Below, one piece after another: positions 59,583 through 64,000 of a stretch of DNA of 64,000 nt. Below the pieces are notes generated by a model, which searched no databases, was not told where the DNA came from, and saw only the letters and a program-made list of their open reading frames with translations. How positions within the stretch are numbered: the stretch's first letter is position 1; every line of letters begins with the position of its first letter. The position numbers and the translations under genes are program-made. The DNA is from an uncultured Gemmatimonadales bacterium (GTDB lineage Bacteria; Gemmatimonadota; Gemmatimonadetes; Gemmatimonadales; Gemmatimonadaceae): positions 11,670 through 75,669 of the forward strand of contig CAVSUQ010000011.1 in assembly GCA_963731305.1 (NCBI GenBank), in the 5' to 3' direction.

Positions 59583-61088
59583 ATGCCGTCGTTCCGCAAC
59601 GCGAGGCCGTCTGTGTCATCGATTGCCGAAGGTGATTTGGAGTCAGTCGTTGTTGCCGGTGTGAGTCGAGAGTACCTGCTCCATCATCGAGTCTGTCCTG
59701 ACAAGCTCGATGGCGACGGTACACTCATCGTGGCTGTAGGACCCGGGGCGTTTCTCGAAGCGATTCCGGAGCTGAGCAACGTATATGGCCGGCGAGTCGC
59801 TACGCGCGAAGCATCGGATGACGATCTCGAGCGCATGATCGAGCGCATTACGGCGCACGCTGAGAGTGGCGCTGAGCCTTTACGCGGCGGTGAGGAAGAT
59901 ACCGCGGACGTTAGAGAGATCGCAAATCAGCCGCCGGTAATTCGTTATGTGAACACGTTGCTGCACGATGCATACGAGGCGGGAGCAAGCGACGTCCACA
60001 TAGAGTCCACACGCGGCGGTGCAGTGGCCCGCGCGCGCGTCGACGGTTTGCTCGCATCCACGATAGAGCCACCGCGGCGGTTGCACGATGCAGTCGTGTC
60101 GCGGCTCAAGCTGCTTGCCGATCTGGATATCTCGGAGCGCAGACGGCCGCAGGATGGGCGCATACGTGTGCGTGTGGACAACACGGAGCTCTACCTGCGC
60201 GTCTCGACCGTACCCACAGTCTACGGCGAGAGCGTCGTACTGCGCTTGCTTGATCGCGGCACGCGTCCCGTCGACCTCACTGCGCTTGGTATGCCGGATG
60301 ATATTCTGCGGGCGATGACGACGGCGATCGATCGTCCACACGGGATGGTGCTCGTCACGGGTCCAACTGGCAGCGGAAAGACGACTACGCTCTACAGCGC
60401 TCTGCGTAGACGTGATATCCGATCGGAGAAGGTGGTAACTGTGGAAGATCCGGTCGAGTACCAGCTCGAAGGGGTCACGCAGGTGCCGGTGCATCGCCAG
60501 GCCGGCGTCACGTTCGCCTCCGCGCTCCGATCGATCCTGAGGCAGGACCCGGACGTCGTGATGATTGGTGAAATGCGTGATATGGAGACCGCCGAGATCG
60601 CGATTCAGGCGTCGATGACAGGCCACCTCGTCTTTTCTACCCTTCATACCAACGATGCAATCGGTGCTCTACCGAGACTGTTCGATCTCGGCATCGCTCC
60701 ATATCTCATCGCGGCAACGCTCACCGCGATTCAGGCTCAACGCCTGGTGCGTAACGCATGCCCGGAATGCAAGTCACACTGCGAGCTTCGCGGTGAGCTC
60801 GCCGACCTGCAACGCAGCATCGCGCCCGAAATCTCTGCTGCTGATTTCGTTCGCGTGAACGGCTGTCCCGCATGTCGTGGTACAGGCTTCAAAGGGCGCA
60901 TCGGGATCTTCGAGATGGTTGCGGTCGACGACGCTCTCAGAGCTGCGATTGCCAGGAGCGCGCCGAGGGCGGAGCTCAAGTCCCTTGCGGACCAGCGCGG
61001 ATACAGGCCGATGATAGCCGACGGAATCGCGAAGGCCGCGCGTGGCATTACAACCATGGACGAGGTGCTCAGAGTCTGCAATGCCTAG
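59583..61088 (+). CDS. gspE: Type II secretion system ATPase GspE
   Basis: T2SSE_N-like N-terminus, Walker A VTGPTGSGKTTTLY, Asp/His boxes, and the tetracysteine CPECKSHC...CPACRGTG. ATG 59583, with an alternative TTG at 59529. Confidence 0.9.
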   Translation: MPSFRNARPSVSSIAEGDLESVVVAGVSREYLLHHRVCPDKLDGDGTLIVAVGPGAFLEAIPELSNVYGRRVATREASDDDLERMIERITAHAESGAEPLRGGEEDTADVREIANQPPVIRYVNTLLHDAYEAGASDVHIESTRGGAVARARVDGLLASTIEPPRRLHDAVVSRLKLLADLDISERRRPQDGRIRVRVDNTELYLRVSTVPTVYGESVVLRLLDRGTRPVDLTALGMPDDILRAMTTAIDRPHGMVLVTGPTGSGKTTTLYSALRRRDIRSEKVVTVEDPVEYQLEGVTQVPVHRQAGVTFASALRSILRQDPDVVMIGEMRDMETAEIAIQASMTGHLVFSTLHTNDAIGALPRLFDLGIAPYLIAATLTAIQAQRLVRNACPECKSHCELRGELADLQRSIAPEISAADFVRVNGCPACRGTGFKGRIGIFEMVAVDDALRAAIARSAPRAELKSLADQRGYRPMIADGIAKAARGITTMDEVLRVCNA

Positions 61089-61545
61089 AGAGCTGCATAA
61101 CTCCCCACGTGACCGGCGTGCGTTCACATTGATGGAACTGCTCGTCGTCATCGCGATCATCGCCACACTCGCAGCGATTGTGGCGCCAGCGATATTCCGA
61201 AACCTCGGCGACGCGAAAACGAGCGCCGCTCAGAGCCAGATCGAGATGTTGTCGATGGCGCTCAACTCGTATCGTCTCGACAATGGCGATTACCCGACGC
61301 AGGCTCAGGGGCTTGCAGCACTGCGCGTTGTGCCCACTGGCAGCGATGCGCCCCCAAACTGGCGCGGTCCGTACCTGACGCGTGACGTGCCGCTGGATCC
61401 ATGGCGACGTCCTTACATCTACACGTTCCCCGGTGTCGAGAATCAGGGAAGCTTCGACCTCTACACGCTCGGCAAGGACGGCAAGCCTGGCGGTGATGAC
61501 GAGGATGCGGATGTCACTTCGTGGGGCGGACCGGTGCATCAGTGA
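61081..61545 (+). CDS. gspG: Type II secretion major pseudopilin GspG
   Basis: Prepilin motif RRAFTLMELLVVIAIIATLAAIVAP. GspG signature PPNWRGPYLTRDVPLDPWRRPYIYTFPG...FDLYTLGKDGKPGGDDEDADVTSW. Confidence 0.9.
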   Translation: MPRELHNSPRDRRAFTLMELLVVIAIIATLAAIVAPAIFRNLGDAKTSAAQSQIEMLSMALNSYRLDNGDYPTQAQGLAALRVVPTGSDAPPNWRGPYLTRDVPLDPWRRPYIYTFPGVENQGSFDLYTLGKDGKPGGDDEDADVTSWGGPVHQ

Positions 61546-62753
61546 TCAGCCCCTCCGTTGGTTACAATGGCCCGAGTGCATTCAGGTATCGGGCTGCGCG
61601 TGCCGATGGCGCACTGCTACGCGGAACGATGATAGCGACGGATGAGCGATCCGCCGTGGATGCGCTCCATGCGCAAGGTCTGTATCCGATCGAGGTGGTG
61701 CGAGCGCGGTTCACATCGAGGCGAAGCGTGCCACGCTCGTCCGATGTTGCGCCGGGCTTGCGGGTGCTGGCAAACCTGTTGGCCGCCAACATTCCAATGT
61801 CTCGCACACTCGCGACGTTCGAGGAGCTCGCACCCAAGTCATGGGCAGCAGCGGCGGCGGCTATTCGCGAGCGCGTGAGGACCGGCGGACGTCTGGCAGA
61901 CGGCTTGCGAGAGGATGCAGGCCTGTCACCCGTGCTCGCGGGGATCATCGCCGCGGGCGAGTCATCCGGTGATCTCGCTCCGGCCGTTTTGCGGAGCGCA
62001 GAGCTGTCGGAAGAGAACGCGGCGCTGAGGTCAGCGGTGCGCGGGGCGCTCGTGTATCCAACGATTCTGCTGATCGCGGGAGCGTGCTCCGTCGGACTAC
62101 TTGTAGGCGTAGTCCTTCCGCGCTTCGCTTCGATTCTTGCCGATACAGGACAGGCGCCTCCGCCGCTGACGCAGCTCGTACTCAACGTCACTTCGGCTAT
62201 CCAGCAAAATGCAGTCTCGGCTGCAGTAATCGTGATACTCGGCGTTGTCGGTTGGCGCATCTGGACCAGGACGGCCAACGGCGGAGTGGTCTGGAGTGGT
62301 CTGCTTCTCCGCCTTCCCGGTGTAGGTGGGATCAGGCGTTCCGCCGCAACCTCACGCGTCTGCACTGCGATGGCGGCGCTGCTCGAATCGGGAGTCCCAG
62401 CGGCCGTCTCGCTCGGCCGCGCGGCGACAGCGGCGGGAGATGCAGCGATCGAATCACGTCTCGCCGCCGCGCGTGCGGGTGTAACACGCGGTGAGTCCAT
62501 CGGACGCGCGCTCGAAGACTCTTCGGCGCTGACGATCGCCGCGGCGCGTCTGATACGTGCAGGCGAGGAGTCGGGCCGAGTTTCGGCGATGTTCCTCCAC
62601 GCTGCGCGCATCGAAGGTGAGAGGGCAAGGGAGCTGACGCGGAGTGCGGTGCGACTCGTCGAGCCGTCACTCATCCTCGTGTTCGGCGCGATCGTGGCTC
62701 TGATTTCGGGAGCGCTGCTGCAGGCAGTGTACGCCATCCACCCAGTGCGCTGA
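61542..62753 (+). CDS. gspF: Type II secretion inner-membrane platform protein GspF
   Basis: Two T2SSF repeats (ANIPMSRTLATFEE..., ESGVPAAVSLGRAA...) and three TM segments. GTG 61542 overlaps the gspG stop (GTGA), with an alternative GTG at 61521. Confidence 0.85.
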   Translation: MISPSVGYNGPSAFRYRAARADGALLRGTMIATDERSAVDALHAQGLYPIEVVRARFTSRRSVPRSSDVAPGLRVLANLLAANIPMSRTLATFEELAPKSWAAAAAAIRERVRTGGRLADGLREDAGLSPVLAGIIAAGESSGDLAPAVLRSAELSEENAALRSAVRGALVYPTILLIAGACSVGLLVGVVLPRFASILADTGQAPPPLTQLVLNVTSAIQQNAVSAAVIVILGVVGWRIWTRTANGGVVWSGLLLRLPGVGGIRRSAATSRVCTAMAALLESGVPAAVSLGRAATAAGDAAIESRLAAARAGVTRGESIGRALEDSSALTIAAARLIRAGEESGRVSAMFLHAARIEGERARELTRSAVRLVEPSLILVFGAIVALISGALLQAVYAIHPVR

Positions 62754-63073
62754 ATGGCTCGATCCTCGCAACAGTCGGCGCGGTGTCACGCTGATAGAGC
62801 TGCTGGTGACGATCGCCATACTCAGCGTAATACTCACGATCACAACTCTCTCTGGCCGGCGAGAAGCGCCCAACTACGACTGCGTCACCGCTCTCGGTTC
62901 AGGTCCGCGCGCTCCGTTCCAGCGCAATCGCTTCTGGAGCTCCGAAGACCGCTGTGTTGAGCGATACCGTGGGCGCGGTGCTCGTGACCGCGCTGCCGGA
63001 CGGCCGCGTGGTGTCCGACATGCCGAATCTCGACAGGAATGCCGGTGTCGTGCGGAGCCCAAGTGCTCAATAG
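62754..63073 (+). pseudogene. Minor pseudopilin (GspH-like), two frame changes
   Basis: ATG 62754 (MARSSQQ..), then the prepilin motif RGVTLIELLVTIAILSVILTITTLS in frame +1. A plausible tail LAGEKRPTTTASPLSVQVRALRSSAIASGAPKTAVLSDTVGAVLVTALPDGRVVSD follows in the third frame (hand translation). Confidence 0.5.
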
Positions 63074-63437
63074 CGCACTATGTGGTGCCAGACCGGGCGC
63101 GGTCCTTCTCGAAGTCATAGTTGCGATGACCATCTTCGCGATCGCGAGCACGGCTACGCTCGTGCGTGCTGCACAGGCGCGTCACGTAGTTGTTCTATCG
63201 ATAGCGAGTGAGGATCGACTGAACGCCGCAAGCGCTTTTCTGGATCATGTAGTGCTGTGGCCGAGGGAAGATCTGGATCGGCACCTTGGCACGCACCCGC
63301 AAGGGCCGTGGTGGCTGGACGTGGAACATCCGGTAGCCGAGCTCTACACGATCGCGATCGTGGACTCTGCGTCGCATCAGAAATTGCTCGATACCATCGT
63401 GTATCGTAGCGCACCGCGAGCACAAGGTGCGTATTAA
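63039..63437 (+). CDS. Minor pseudopilin (GspI-like)
   Basis: Prepilin-type N-terminus GAVLLEVIVAMTIFAIASTATL. 132 aa; the start is uncertain (ATG 63039 or GTG 63063). Confidence 0.6.
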   Translation: MPVSCGAQVLNSALCGARPGAVLLEVIVAMTIFAIASTATLVRAAQARHVVVLSIASEDRLNAASAFLDHVVLWPREDLDRHLGTHPQGPWWLDVEHPVAELYTIAIVDSASHQKLLDTIVYRSAPRAQGAY

Positions 63438-63978
63438 GGCGCCGCGTACGGGCTTTACGCTCCTCGAAGTCCTGGTGGCCGTCATAATCGCCGCCACGCT
63501 TCTGCTGTCCGCCGACGCGGTTTTCGAGCAGTTGGCGTCGTCGCGAGACGGAACCGCCAGATCCACCGGCGTCAGAGATGAGAAGCAGAATGCGGACGCG
63601 TTGATACGCGGCTGGGTGCGACAGATCGACATATCGCCAGTCGGTGGGTCGTCGCAGCCGCACGTCTTTGTTGGCGACGCTGGCGAGACGAGATTCACGT
63701 CGTGGTGTGTTGCCGCTGGTGGATGGGAGCGCGAGTGTAGCGTGTCGCTTCGTACCACGGCTGATTCGAGTGGTGTCGGCGTCGTAGCTGTGAGCGCGAC
63801 AGGCGACTCGGCGCGGATTCAGATGCGCGACAGCACGATCGCGCTGCGTTATCTGATCGATGCCAAGGATGGCGGCCACTGGGTAGACCGCTGGCCGTCC
63901 GGACCGACAGTGCCGATAGCAATCGGCATAGTGAGCCCATCCGATACGATAGTCTACAGAGTCGGAGCGCGAGGATGA
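63427..63978 (+). CDS. Minor pseudopilin (GspJ-like)
   Basis: Prepilin-type N-terminus RTGFTLLEVLVAVIIAATLLL. 183 aa. It overlaps both the upstream stop and the next ATG (63975). Confidence 0.6.
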   Translation: MRIKAPRTGFTLLEVLVAVIIAATLLLSADAVFEQLASSRDGTARSTGVRDEKQNADALIRGWVRQIDISPVGGSSQPHVFVGDAGETRFTSWCVAAGGWERECSVSLRTTADSSGVGVVAVSATGDSARIQMRDSTIALRYLIDAKDGGHWVDRWPSGPTVPIAIGIVSPSDTIVYRVGARG

Positions 63979-64000
63979 TCCCCGGAGCCAATAGTTCAAA

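Noticed and set aside
63975-64000. Start of a further gene (MIPGANSS...) after the GspJ-like pseudopilin, possibly gspK.
   Set aside because: Only 8 codons are visible before the window ends, which is too little to call a product.

Overview
High-GC bacterial chromosomal segment. Hand counts of sampled lines give about 62-65% GC in the backbone. Gene content resembles soil Gemmatimonadota/Acidobacteriota-type bacteria, but that is inference only. No rRNA, tRNA or CRISPR array was recognised.

Left to right:
(1) A block of broken secreted-enzyme genes: GH2 hydrolase, AI-2E transporter and a BNR/sortilin-like protein.
(2) Three small envelope proteins.
(3) An intact PaoABCD+MocA-type periplasmic molybdo-oxidoreductase operon, an S9 peptidase, a Tat multicopper oxidase and a PAS histidine kinase.
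(4) A nitrite/NO-related region at about 23.8-40.8 kb. It holds a nirK paralogue remnant and an mrp / NnrS-like / DUF1858 / DUF2249 operon, followed by NAD salvage genes and a TPP-riboswitch-controlled TonB receptor. It also contains an orphan ctaD, Crp/Fnr, DsbA, DUF59, an intact nirK-DUF3565 pair and a NarL-type two-component system. Many genes here are interrupted by frame changes.
(5) A tricorn-like protease, envelope proteins, CopD, an MFS transporter, HxlR-YceI and DUF4142.
(6) A lower-GC island at about 49.8-59.5 kb. It carries an RCC1/Big_2 lipoprotein and a 1852-aa Sec-signal Rhs toxin. The Rhs C-terminal tip has a complete LAS zinc-peptidase signature (H-x6-D ... H-x-H). A translationally coupled periplasmic immunity candidate follows. 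The cassette is bracketed by decayed IS200-like (Y1) transposase remnants and long palindromes.
(7) A gspE-G-F plus pseudopilin type II secretion operon running off the right edge.

Most interesting observations:
- the Rhs/LAS-peptidase/immunity cassette and its possible link to the adjacent T2SS;
- a 15-bp palindrome, TAGGGG-N3-CCCCTA, found only twice, upstream of the two copper-enzyme genes;
- the NnrS-like/DUF2249/DUF1858/Mrp operon;
- the strikingly patchy distribution of frameshifts.
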